64,000 bases of DNA from a virus (taxonomy: Duplodnaviria; Caudoviricetes): IMG/VR virus record IMGVR_UViG_3300049142_000128, positions 13,128 to 77,127 of that record. One strand, given 5' to 3'. The translations under genes were made by a program, and so were the position numbers. Positions 8,620 through 16,908 of the stretch are shown in pieces (position 1 is the stretch's first letter; every line of letters starts with the position of its first letter). Under the pieces are notes generated by a model. That model was not told where the DNA came from. It worked only from the letters and a program-made list of their open reading frames with translations, and ran no database searches.

Positions 8620-9503
8620 GCAGCGCACCCGAGCGCGCGGCGCTCGACCTCCTCGCGGCGGCCTGCGCGCAGGTCGGGCTGGACATGGCGGGAGCCGAGA
8701 TCATCCGGCTCGGTGAGAACGCGATCTTCCGGCTCCCCGGAGGTGTCGTGACCCGGATCGCGCGGCCCGGCCAGCTCGCCGCCGCGACGCGAGAGGTTCG
8801 GATCGCTCGCTGGTTCGCCGATCAAGGTGTGCGCGCGGTGCGCGCGCTGGACAGCATCGCGCAGCCGCTGAACGTCGAGCAGCATCCGGTGACGTTCTGG
8901 GAGGAGCTGCCGCCGCACCGGCACGGCACCGTGCTCGAGGTCGCCGACGCCCTGCGCCAGCTGCACGGGCTGCCGCTCCCCGACTGCGATCTGCTCGGCC
9001 CCCTCGACCCGTTCGTCCGGCTGACCGAGCGCATCGAGGGCGGCGCCACGCTGCCCGCCGATGATCGGGCCTGGCTGCGGCAGCACCTCGCCGCGCTGCG
9101 CCAGCGCTACCAGACCCTCCCGCCGGGGCTGCCGCATCGTGTGGTGCACGGCGACGCGTGGGGCGGCAACATCGTCACCACCCACGACGGCCGGACCCTG
9201 CTCCTCGACCTCGAACGCTGCTCCGTCGGGCCGCCCGAGTGGGACCTCGTGTCGATCGCGCTCCGGCGGGGCTCGTTCGGCTGGCTCTCTGACGCCGACT
9301 ACCAGGCCTTCGCGAGCCGGTACGGCCACGACGTGACGACGTGGTCTGGCTACGAGCTGCTCCGCGACATCCGCGAGCTGCGCATGGCGCTCTACCGCGT
9401 TCAGCGCGCCGCCGAGCACCCCGGCGAGCGTGGCGAGGCGCAGCTCCGGGTCGCAAGCCTTCGAGGACGGCACGGCCCGCGACCGTGGGCATGGGGCCGC
9501 TGA
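8616..9503 (+). CDS. APH/choline-kinase-like phosphotransferase
   Basis: RLGENAIF, VVHGDAWGGNI, LLDLE, GPPEWDL; GTGA overlap with the regulator. Confidence 0.88.
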   Translation: MSSAPERAALDLLAAACAQVGLDMAGAEIIRLGENAIFRLPGGVVTRIARPGQLAAATREVRIARWFADQGVRAVRALDSIAQPLNVEQHPVTFWEELPPHRHGTVLEVADALRQLHGLPLPDCDLLGPLDPFVRLTERIEGGATLPADDRAWLRQHLAALRQRYQTLPPGLPHRVVHGDAWGGNIVTTHDGRTLLLDLERCSVGPPEWDLVSIALRRGSFGWLSDADYQAFASRYGHDVTTWSGYELLRDIRELRMALYRVQRAAEHPGERGEAQLRVASLRGRHGPRPWAWGR

Positions 9504-9527
9504 CCGCCCCCGTCTGACCGATTGATC

Positions 9528-9558
9528 GAAGACCCCCGGCCCCGGCCAGGGGGTCTTC
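9528..9558 (+). terminator. Hairpin terminator
   Basis: GAAGACCCCC-N11-GGGGGTCTTC directly after the phosphotransferase. Confidence 0.7.
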
Positions 9559-9581
9559 GTCGTTCCCGAGCCCGTCGCGAA

Positions 9582-9635
9582 TCTCTTGACGAACGCGACA
9601 AGAGTTGTGCTAGTCTCTTGTCAACAAGCAAGAGA
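9582..9635 (+). promoter_or_regulatory. Promoter/operator copy 1
   Basis: TTGACG-19nt-TAGTCT with alternating CTCTTG/CAAGAG half-sites. Confidence 0.75.
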
Positions 9636-9656
9636 CACCAACCGAGGGAGCCCCAC

Positions 9657-9959
9657 ATGATCGCCACCGCCAACATCGCCCCCATCACCTTCTACGTCGC
9701 GTGGGCGCTCGCCCTCGTCGGCCGCACCCAGGCCGGGCAGGCCTTCTACTCGATCAAGGCCAACGGCCGCCCCATCGGCCGCATCCAGCAGTGCCGCCGC
9801 GCGGACGGCACCGGTGGCACCGGCTTTCTGCTCGAGCTCGACGGCGAGGCGGCCACCATCCGCACTCACCTGCGCGACTGGCGCGAGGTGCGCGACGTCG
9901 TGCGCAACCCGCGCGTGTACGCCTCGGCGAACGCCGGGCGCAGGTGGCGGCTCGTGTAG
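9657..9959 (+). CDS. Hypothetical protein
   Basis: SD GAGGGAG, ATG, GC3-biased codons. Confidence 0.75.
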   Translation: MIATANIAPITFYVAWALALVGRTQAGQAFYSIKANGRPIGRIQQCRRADGTGGTGFLLELDGEAATIRTHLRDWREVRDVVRNPRVYASANAGRRWRLV

Positions 9960-10034
9960 CGCCCCCGGCCCGGCCCTCACCCGGCCGGGCCTCACGCCCG
10001 CCTCCTCCCCACCCACACCGGAAGGACTCCGACC

Positions 10035-10265
10035 ATGACCCGCGCGATCACCCTCACCGACCTGCACTACACGTTCAAGCCCGTCACCGTGCCCGTCGAG
10101 CAGGTCGGCGCCGCCCTGCGCCCGTGGACGGAGCCGTGGGGCGCCCGGTTCGTCGACGTGGCCGAGGAGTTCGCCGCCGCGGTGTACGCGGGCGACGACG
10201 AGGCCGCCGGTGAGCTGGCCGGACATCTCGGCATCGGCTGGGAGGACACGCCGCAGGCCACCTGA
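10035..10265 (+). CDS. Hypothetical protein
   Basis: SD GAAGGA; GC3 bias. Confidence 0.75.
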   Translation: MTRAITLTDLHYTFKPVTVPVEQVGAALRPWTEPWGARFVDVAEEFAAAVYAGDDEAAGELAGHLGIGWEDTPQAT

Positions 10266-10321
10266 CCCCTCACCACCCGGCCGGCCACCGGCCCACCGCT
10301 CCCGCTCGAAGGACACCGCCG

Positions 10322-11155
10322 ATGACCGCCGCCCCCGCCGCCCGCACCTTCTACGTCGGCGCCCCCGCACCCAAGTGGCTCACCCTCACCACCGTCCCCC
10401 AGTTCGTCTCCCATACGCGCCTCCGCACCCGCCGCAACCTCCCCCGCGCCGTCGCCCGGTGGGCACTCGACTCCGGCGGCTTCACCGAGCTCTCCCGCCA
10501 CGGCCGGTGGACCATCACCCCCGCCGCGTACGCCACTGCCGTGCGCCGCTACCGCGACGAGATCGGCGGCCTCGACTGGGCCGCCCCGCAGGACTGGATG
10601 TGCGAGCCCGAGCAGCTCGACAACACCGGGCTCACCGTCGCCGAGCACCAGCGCCGCACCGTCGACAACTACCTCGAGCTGCGCGCCATCGCCCCCGATC
10701 TGCCGATCATCCCCGTGGTGCAGGGCTGGACCGTGGGCAGCTACCGCCGCTGCGTCGAGCTGTACGCGGCCGCCGGCGTCGACCTGCGCGCCGAGTCCGT
10801 CGTCGGCATCGGCTCCGTCTGCCGCCGGACGAACCCGGTCACGGTCGCGCTCATCGTCGACGAGCTGCGGGCCCTCGGCCTGTCCGGCCTGCACGGGTTC
10901 GGGGTGAAGTCCGACGCCCTCGCCCTGGTCGCGGGGCAGCTGTCCTCGGCCGACTCGCAGGCGTGGTCGAGCGCCGCACGGGCGCGCCGCGAGCCCTGCT
11001 CGGAGGACTCGGCCCGCCGGGACTGCCGCAACTGCATGCACTACGCCCTCGAGTGGGTGGATCAGCTGCGCACGGCGATCCGCTGGCACGACGTGCCGAC
11101 GGCTCTGCTGCCGGCGCCGCGGAACGCTGTCGACGAGCTCACCTTGTCCGCGTAA
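10322..11155 (+). CDS. TGT-fold (DpdA-like) guanine transglycosylase homologue
   Basis: WALDSGGF, APQDWMCEP, PVVQGW, GIGSVCRR, LHGFGVK, SADSQAWS and C-terminal C..CxxC.H cluster. Confidence 0.8.
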   Translation: MTAAPAARTFYVGAPAPKWLTLTTVPQFVSHTRLRTRRNLPRAVARWALDSGGFTELSRHGRWTITPAAYATAVRRYRDEIGGLDWAAPQDWMCEPEQLDNTGLTVAEHQRRTVDNYLELRAIAPDLPIIPVVQGWTVGSYRRCVELYAAAGVDLRAESVVGIGSVCRRTNPVTVALIVDELRALGLSGLHGFGVKSDALALVAGQLSSADSQAWSSAARARREPCSEDSARRDCRNCMHYALEWVDQLRTAIRWHDVPTALLPAPRNAVDELTLSA

Positions 11156-11179
11156 GCCAGCGCACCACCTCCGGAAGTT

Positions 11180-11231
11180 CCTTGACAGGTACGACAAGAG
11201 TTCTGTTAGACTCTTGTCAGCAAGCAAGAGA
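11180..11231 (+). promoter_or_regulatory. Promoter/operator copy 2
   Basis: TTGACA-19nt-TAGACT with CAAGAG/CTCTTG/CAAGAG sites. Confidence 0.75.
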
Positions 11232-11251
11232 CCGACCCTGAGGAGCTCCTG

Positions 11252-11827
11252 ATGGCCGCCACCACTGTCGCCCCCGCCGCCCGCTACATCGGCGTGACCG
11301 ACGAGTGCGTTGAGTGTCAGCAGTGCGGCAAGGTCGGCCTGCGCTCCACCGTCGTCCTCGGCCTCCTCGACGCCGACGGCAACGTCGACGAGGTCACCTA
11401 CTACGGCTCGGACTGCGCCGCCCGCGCCCTCGGTGTCGGCGGCGGTGCCCGCAAGGTCCTCGCCGCCGCCCGCGAGGCCGACCGCACCACTCGCGCGCTG
11501 GCCGCCGACGCCCGCGACCGGGCCGCCCACTACGGCTACGACCCGGTCACCGGCGAGATCACCACCGCCCGCAGCTTCGCTGAGATCGCCGTCCGCCGCC
11601 GCCGGCTCTACGTCGGCTCCCCGTGGGCCGCGGACATGACCTGGCAGGACTGGCAGGACGCGGCGCGCGAGATGATCGCCCGCGACGTGGCCGCGGTCGC
11701 CGCCGAGCGGCTGCTGGACGGCGTCCGCCCCGCCGCCGCGGCCTCCGCTCCGACCGAGGAGCCGGCCGCGCCGGTGCTCGTCGACGGCGCCCCGTTCGAG
11801 CTCGCCCCGGTGGGCGCCCTGTTCTGA
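11252..11827 (+). CDS. Hypothetical protein with CxxCxxC motif
   Basis: DECVECQQCGK...YYGSDCAA; SD GAGGAG. Confidence 0.75.
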   Translation: MAATTVAPAARYIGVTDECVECQQCGKVGLRSTVVLGLLDADGNVDEVTYYGSDCAARALGVGGGARKVLAAAREADRTTRALAADARDRAAHYGYDPVTGEITTARSFAEIAVRRRRLYVGSPWAADMTWQDWQDAAREMIARDVAAVAAERLLDGVRPAAAASAPTEEPAAPVLVDGAPFELAPVGALF

Positions 11828-11830
11828 AGA

Positions 11831-11884
11831 TCTCTTGACGAGCACGTCAAGAGACGTGCTAGACTCTTGTCAGCAGTCAAGAGA
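11831..11884 (+). promoter_or_regulatory. Promoter/operator copy 3
   Basis: TTGACG-19nt-TAGACT; perfect IR TCTCTTGAC-N6-GTCAAGAGA plus second IR CTCTTG-N8-CAAGAG. Confidence 0.78.
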
Positions 11885-11894
11885 AGGGACTACC

Positions 11895-12107
11895 GTGGAC
11901 AAGGACACGAAGAAGGTCCTCGAGGAGGCCGAACGGCAGGGCTTCACCACCCGCCGAACCTCCCGAGGACACATCCAGGTCCGCGACCAGAACGGGCAGA
12001 TCGTCGCCGTGTTCTCCGGCACGGCGAGCGATCACCGCGCGCTCCGGAACGGGATCGCGCAACTCAAGCGGGCCGGCTTCGTGTGGCCGAGGAAGGGGAA
12101 GGGGTGA
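11895..12107 (+). CDS. HicA-like toxin
   Basis: 70 aa, AERQGFTTRRTSRGHIQV...TASDHRALRNGIAQLKRAGF, alpha-beta-beta-beta-alpha pattern. Confidence 0.7.
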   Translation: MDKDTKKVLEEAERQGFTTRRTSRGHIQVRDQNGQIVAVFSGTASDHRALRNGIAQLKRAGFVWPRKGKG

Positions 12108-12109
12108 GC

Positions 12110-12286
12110 ATGAGCGGCATCCTCCCGCGGCGCTGCATCGATGGCGACGAGGTGGACGCGCACTCGCGCCGCTCCCGCCGCATGCTCCGCTGGAAGCCCG
12201 GCGAGCTGGCCGCGATCAAGCGCCGCACCAACAAGCGCGAGCGCCGCGAGGGCCGCGCCGAGACTCGGAAGGAGACCGGAGCGTGA
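12110..12286 (+). CDS. Small basic hypothetical protein
   Basis: GDEVDAHSRRSRRMLRWKPGELAAIKRRTNKRERR; coupled to both neighbours. Confidence 0.6.
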   Translation: MSGILPRRCIDGDEVDAHSRRSRRMLRWKPGELAAIKRRTNKRERREGRAETRKETGA

Positions 12287-12798
12287 CCACGCACGCCGTG
12301 CACCTCACCACCGACGTCGACCACGTCACCGACGACCAGCTCGACGACCTCGTCGACGCCCTCGCCCCCTGGAGCGGGGTTCCCTCCATGCTCGACGGGC
12401 GCCTCTCCGTGCAGCTCACGATCGACGGCCCCGGCATCGGCGAGGTGTCGCTCTTCGCCATGAGCCGCGTGGCGAACACCATCAGCGCGACGCTCAAGCG
12501 CTCTCAGCTCGGCATCACCGGACTCGAGATCCTCGACCAGTACGAGTTCGACCGCCGCCTCGAGGACCGCCCGCCCCTCGACGACCTCATCCCCACCGCC
12601 CAGGCCGCTGAGATCCTCGGCGTCAAGCGGCAGCGCGTCGACCAGCTCGCCAAGTCATTCGAGAACTTCCCCCGGCCCGTCCGCCGCGGCCGCGTCCTGC
12701 TCTGGCCGGTCCCCGCGCTCCGCGAGTTCCTTGCCGAGTGGGACCGCAGCCCTGGCCCGAAGCGGACCGGGCACGCGGAGTCCCCCAAGCCGAGCTGA
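12283..12798 (+). CDS. HicB-like antitoxin with C-terminal HTH
   Basis: N-terminal beta/alpha domain, EILDQYEFDRR linker, LIPTAQAAEILGVKRQRVDQL HTH. Confidence 0.65.
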   Translation: MTTHAVHLTTDVDHVTDDQLDDLVDALAPWSGVPSMLDGRLSVQLTIDGPGIGEVSLFAMSRVANTISATLKRSQLGITGLEILDQYEFDRRLEDRPPLDDLIPTAQAAEILGVKRQRVDQLAKSFENFPRPVRRGRVLLWPVPALREFLAEWDRSPGPKRTGHAESPKPS

Positions 12799-12801
12799 CG
12801 C

Positions 12802-13341
12802 TCAGGAGAGAGCGGCCGGTAGGAGCAGCGCAGCCGCGAGCACGAGCCCGCGGAAGATCCACTGCTCCGCCGGCCCGGCCGTCCGAAACCGCAACCAGTA
12901 CGGCCACACGACCCGTACTCGGAACGGCCAGAACAGGAAGTCGAGGGACGTCTTTGTCGGGACGTCCCCCAGTACGCCAGCGAGGTAGCCGAGCGTCCCG
13001 AATGCCGCCGTACACACGGCAGCGAGCGGGACGAGCCAGTACGCGGACAGAACGCCGAGCAGTACGCCCCACAGCAGGGACGCCGCGATCGTGTGGGTGA
13101 GCCCGCGGTGCGCCATCCCCACCACGCGTACCGACAGCAGCCGTACCGCCCAACACACCCCCCAGGAGAACGGCGGCAGGCACTTCGCCGCCGTCGCGTT
13201 CGGGTGGTCGACGTCGGGCACGTAGGCCGACGCCGCTCCGACGACCGCGAGCACGGGAACCGCGGTCACCGGGAGATCGAGCACCGCGGCGGCGCCGAGC
13301 GCAGCGACCGCGCCCGTCGCGAAGTGGGTGCGGCCCATCAT
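12802..13341 (-). CDS. YdjM-like membrane metal-dependent hydrolase
   Basis: MGRTH, PDVDHP, HRGLTHT motifs and several TM segments. Confidence 0.85.
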   Translation of the reverse strand: MMGRTHFATGAVAALGAAAVLDLPVTAVPVLAVVGAASAYVPDVDHPNATAAKCLPPFSWGVCWAVRLLSVRVVGMAHRGLTHTIAASLLWGVLLGVLSAYWLVPLAAVCTAAFGTLGYLAGVLGDVPTKTSLDFLFWPFRVRVVWPYWLRFRTAGPAEQWIFRGLVLAAALLLPAALS

Positions 13342-13354
13342 CGGGCCTCACCCC

Positions 13355-13500
13355 GCAGGATCGGCAGGGTTCGCAGGGTTGACGAGGGGGTCACACACCC
13401 TGCAGCCGGCGGAACCGCTGGTAAGACCCCCCTTCTGGAATCCTGCCAGGGTCCACGGCAGGGTCCGAACAGGGTTCGAGCAGGGTCGCGGTGCAGGGTC
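13355..13500 (-). repeat. clt-like array of 8-bp direct repeats (minus-strand consensus RACCCTGC), putative TraB recognition sequences
   Basis: Plus-strand (G)CAGGGT(C/T) at 13364, 13373, 13446, 13458, 13469, 13480, 13493; variant at 13355; inverted copies at about 13397 and 13439. Confidence 0.75.
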
Positions 13501-14677
13501 ATCCGACGCCCACAGCCTCTCGCTCGGGCTCCTTCTCAGCCTCGTCGTCGAGGAGCGCGAGGAGCCGCTCGGCGACCGTCTGGCGGCAGCCGTAGCGCTT
13601 CCGCACCTGATACGCCGTCGGGGGCTCGTCGAGCTCGGCGGCCCACTTCCGGAAGTCGTTCTCGCGGTCTGTGTCGACCGGGACGAGGCGCCGCGGCGGC
13701 GTACCGCCGGGCCGGTCCGCGTTCGGCCGCTGCTCGGTACCCGACTCGGTACGGGCGTCGGTACGGAACGTCGGGGCGTGCTGCTCGACCGGTGCCTCGT
13801 CGGTACGGGGCATCGGTACGGGCGGCGTACCAGCGTGCCCGTTCAGCCAGAACAGCGTCAGCCCGCACGCGTCCAGCAGGGTGAGGAACCGGCCGAGCGT
13901 TCCGTCCCGCCGGGACGCCTGACGGGCAGTACGGCGTGCGAGCCGCTCGGCCTCCGATCCGGACCACGCCGTGCGCGGGTCGGTGATGCCGTGCGCGATC
14001 GAGTAGCGGCGGGCGAGCCAGGTGCGAACCGGGAACGCACGCCAGCGCGCGGACGAGAACAGCGCGCCGGTGTCATCGACGCGACCGTCCTGCTTGCGCT
14101 GCAGGTGGACCGCGCGGCGGGTGTGCATCCCCCACAGCCACGGCTGCAGCGCGGAGAACAGGGCGAACACGACGGCGCTGTCGGTCGGTGCCCAGCCGTC
14201 GGCGAAATGGGCGTAGTTGATCCCGGCCACCGCCAGCGCGAGCCCGTACGCCGCGACCCGTCGCCGGGATGCGGTGGCCGTGTCGCCCGCGAGCAGCGCG
14301 CCGTGGGCGTACCAGGCGACGGTGTTCGCGATCGACTCGACGGTCGCGGCGAAGCCGACCGCCACGACCGCGCGCACGACCCACGGCCACGTCGGCTCGG
14401 TGAGGTGGGCGAAGGCGTAGCCGACCTGCCCGAACATCGCGAACACGGTCACCGCGGCGAGCGGCGCGACCGGGCGCAGAGCGGCCACGCGGGCCGAGCA
14501 GGCCCTCCACCGCGCCGATCGGGCCGTACGCCGCAGGGCCCGCTGTGCCGCCTTCTCCGCCCGGCGCCGTGCCCGCGCGGCCGCCTTCTCGGCGCGGCGC
14601 TGGCGACGCAGCTCGGCGAGGGTGCGCAGCCAGTCCAGCCGGCCGCCGCCGCGCTCGCGCTCGTCGACGTCGGTCAC
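13499..14677 (-). CDS. SpdA/DUF2637-like membrane spread protein
   Basis: Four TM helices, GINYAHF, FALFSALQPWLW, C-terminal HTH-like PTAYQVRKRYGCRQTVAERL. Confidence 0.65.
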   Translation of the reverse strand: MTDVDERERGGGRLDWLRTLAELRRQRRAEKAAARARRRAEKAAQRALRRTARSARWRACSARVAALRPVAPLAAVTVFAMFGQVGYAFAHLTEPTWPWVVRAVVAVGFAATVESIANTVAWYAHGALLAGDTATASRRRVAAYGLALAVAGINYAHFADGWAPTDSAVVFALFSALQPWLWGMHTRRAVHLQRKQDGRVDDTGALFSSARWRAFPVRTWLARRYSIAHGITDPRTAWSGSEAERLARRTARQASRRDGTLGRFLTLLDACGLTLFWLNGHAGTPPVPMPRTDEAPVEQHAPTFRTDARTESGTEQRPNADRPGGTPPRRLVPVDTDRENDFRKWAAELDEPPTAYQVRKRYGCRQTVAERLLALLDDEAEKEPEREAVGVG

Positions 14678-16908
14678 TCCGCGTCCCTCCGGGCGAGCCG
14701 GGCCGCGATCTGCTTGAGCTTCGGCACGTCATAGCCCTGGAGGCGGCCTCGCTGCTCGGTGCGGATCTCCTCGTCGATCGAGGCCATCTCTCGGCCGAGC
14801 TTCCGGGCCGCCTCCTTGAGGTCCGCCTCGGGGGCGTCGGCGACGACGCGGTCGAGGAGGATCGCGAGCTGCCGCGTCGAGATGAAGTCGCGGGGCGCCT
14901 GCTCGTCCCGCAGCAGCGTGATCACGGACTGGAGGGGCTCCGGCAGCGTGATGGCGGGCTTCTTCGCGATCTCACGCAGCTCGGCGGCCGCGGCCTCGGC
15001 GTCCGGGAACGCCACGGCGCCGGGCTGCTCGTCGGAGATCTTCGGCTGCGCCGGCTGCTCCGGCGTCTGCTGCTCGGCCGCGGGCGCGGCGCCGGTCTCC
15101 TGCTCGATCATCTGCCAGAGCTCCTGATCCATCTCGTCGCCGAGCTGGCCCACCGGCCACTCCAATCCGTCTCGTGCCGCCGCGGCGGCGAGTTCAGGCA
15201 GCCGGGAGGCGTCCCACCGGCCGGTCCACACCTCGCCGAGCTGGTCGGCGATGTCGGCCTCGAGTTCGGGCCGCCACTGCCCGTTCCGCTCCGCGATCGG
15301 GGCGACGAGGTCCTTCGCGAGGTTGTAGGCCTTCGCCGGCATGACCCGCGGCTCGTCGATCGACGGCTGCACGAGCATCGAGTTGTGCTTGAGTTGCGCC
15401 GTGTCGGCGTACTTGACCTTGAGCCCGGGCAGCACCGACTGCCCGTCCTGCGGGGCGAGGGTCTTGAGGCAGATCCGGTACGGGGTGTTGCGGGCGATCT
15501 CGGCCCCGTAGTCGCCGAGCGCGTTGTAGAGGTCGGTCTGGTTGATCGCCCAGACCGACACCTGCGCGGACCGGTTCTCCCCGAGGATCATGTGCAGCAG
15601 CTGGGAGAAGCCGACGACCTGGCCGGTATGCAGCTCGACGGTCGCGCCGGCGCTGGCCAGCTTCCCGGCCTCCTCGACGAAGCACACGATCGCTGGCTCC
15701 TTCGGCGTCGGCGTGTGGACGTCTTCGTTCGAGAGCCTCGCGTTGCGCTCGCAGACGATCTGGTAGACCGCGGCGAGCATGAGCAGCGCCTGCCCCGGGT
15801 GCTGGCCAGCGACGAAGTCGAGCGCCGGCTTCGGGCACTTGCCCTCGAGCCACGGCTTGATCCATGGGTAGACCAGCGGTACGAGCTTGTTCGAGGCGAC
15901 CACTCCGACGAGGACGTCGCCGCACTCGCCGACCCGGCCGATGATCGAGTTGGTGAGCCGAGACTTCCCGGAGCCGGTCGCGCCGACGATCTTTCCGTTC
16001 GCGCCGCCCTGCTCCCCGCCGAACGTGACGGTGACATGCTGCCCGTCCTCGAACAGGGCGTAGTCGAGCGGGTCGCCGATCGTGCCGGGCGCCTGTTCGA
16101 ACGGCTCGTAGTCGATGGACTCGCGGAGGATGTGCTTCGTGCACACGTGGATGAGGTGCACGTGCGCGGCCTCGGTGGGCTCGACACGGATCGTGCCGGC
16201 GCTGACCGTGACGCCCTCGCGGGCGAGGAGCGACGACGCCTTCGTCGTGAGGTCCGGGAGGGCACCCTCGAGGATGGCGAACGTGACGGGCTTCGTCTCC
16301 TCGATCGGCTCGACGCCGAGCACGTACCCGGCCCGGGTCGGCTGGGTCTCGACGATGCGCAGGGGCAGGTTGGCGGCTTCGAGGATCTCCGTCCACGTCG
16401 CGGTCGCCCGCTCGATGAGTGCCTGCTCGCGCTCCTCGAGCACGCGGGCGGCCGCCTTCGGGGCGGAGGTGCGCAGCACCCAGTACCAGCCGCCGAACCA
16501 GATGAACCCGATGACCAGCATGCCGAGGGCGTGCAGGGGGGACGTCCAGCACGCGTAGACGAGCCAGGCGGAGGCGGCGCAGCTCGCGATGATGGCGAGG
16601 ACGCTCATGGACGCGCGCAGCTCGTGCCCGTAGTCGTTCTCCGGGAAGGCGCGGCGGGCCCGGCCGACGCCGATCGCGGCGGCGATCGGGGCGAGGAGGG
16701 CGAGCGCGATCGGGGGGATCCCGAAGGCCGGGTAGTCGGCCACGAGCGCGAGGCAGTAGCACCACAGCGCGGTCTCGAGGGGATGCGCCCAGCGCACGTC
16801 CGGCTCCCAGGTCGACAGGCGCCGCACCTTCGGCGCTTCCTCCAGCTGCCCCCGCGCGGCCTTGCGCTCCGCCGGGGAGGACGTCGTAGACGTGGTTGTG
16901 CTGCTCAC
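14674..16908 (-). CDS. traB: FtsK/SpoIIIE-family conjugative DNA translocase (TraB-like)
   Basis: N-terminal TM helices, Walker A GATGSGKS (15961-15984), Walker B-like IVCFVEE, C-terminal winged-helix-like region; GTGA overlap. Confidence 0.8.
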   Translation of the reverse strand: MSSTTTSTTSSPAERKAARGQLEEAPKVRRLSTWEPDVRWAHPLETALWCYCLALVADYPAFGIPPIALALLAPIAAAIGVGRARRAFPENDYGHELRASMSVLAIIASCAASAWLVYACWTSPLHALGMLVIGFIWFGGWYWVLRTSAPKAAARVLEEREQALIERATATWTEILEAANLPLRIVETQPTRAGYVLGVEPIEETKPVTFAILEGALPDLTTKASSLLAREGVTVSAGTIRVEPTEAAHVHLIHVCTKHILRESIDYEPFEQAPGTIGDPLDYALFEDGQHVTVTFGGEQGGANGKIVGATGSGKSRLTNSIIGRVGECGDVLVGVVASNKLVPLVYPWIKPWLEGKCPKPALDFVAGQHPGQALLMLAAVYQIVCERNARLSNEDVHTPTPKEPAIVCFVEEAGKLASAGATVELHTGQVVGFSQLLHMILGENRSAQVSVWAINQTDLYNALGDYGAEIARNTPYRICLKTLAPQDGQSVLPGLKVKYADTAQLKHNSMLVQPSIDEPRVMPAKAYNLAKDLVAPIAERNGQWRPELEADIADQLGEVWTGRWDASRLPELAAAAARDGLEWPVGQLGDEMDQELWQMIEQETGAAPAAEQQTPEQPAQPKISDEQPGAVAFPDAEAAAAELREIAKKPAITLPEPLQSVITLLRDEQAPRDFISTRQLAILLDRVVADAPEADLKEAARKLGREMASIDEEIRTEQRGRLQGYDVPKLKQIAARLARRDAE

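Noticed and set aside
8616-9503. Aminoglycoside resistance gene
   Set aside because: Only the generic APH/choline-kinase fold is visible, and its coupling to a regulator suggests a signalling role; resistance cannot be claimed.
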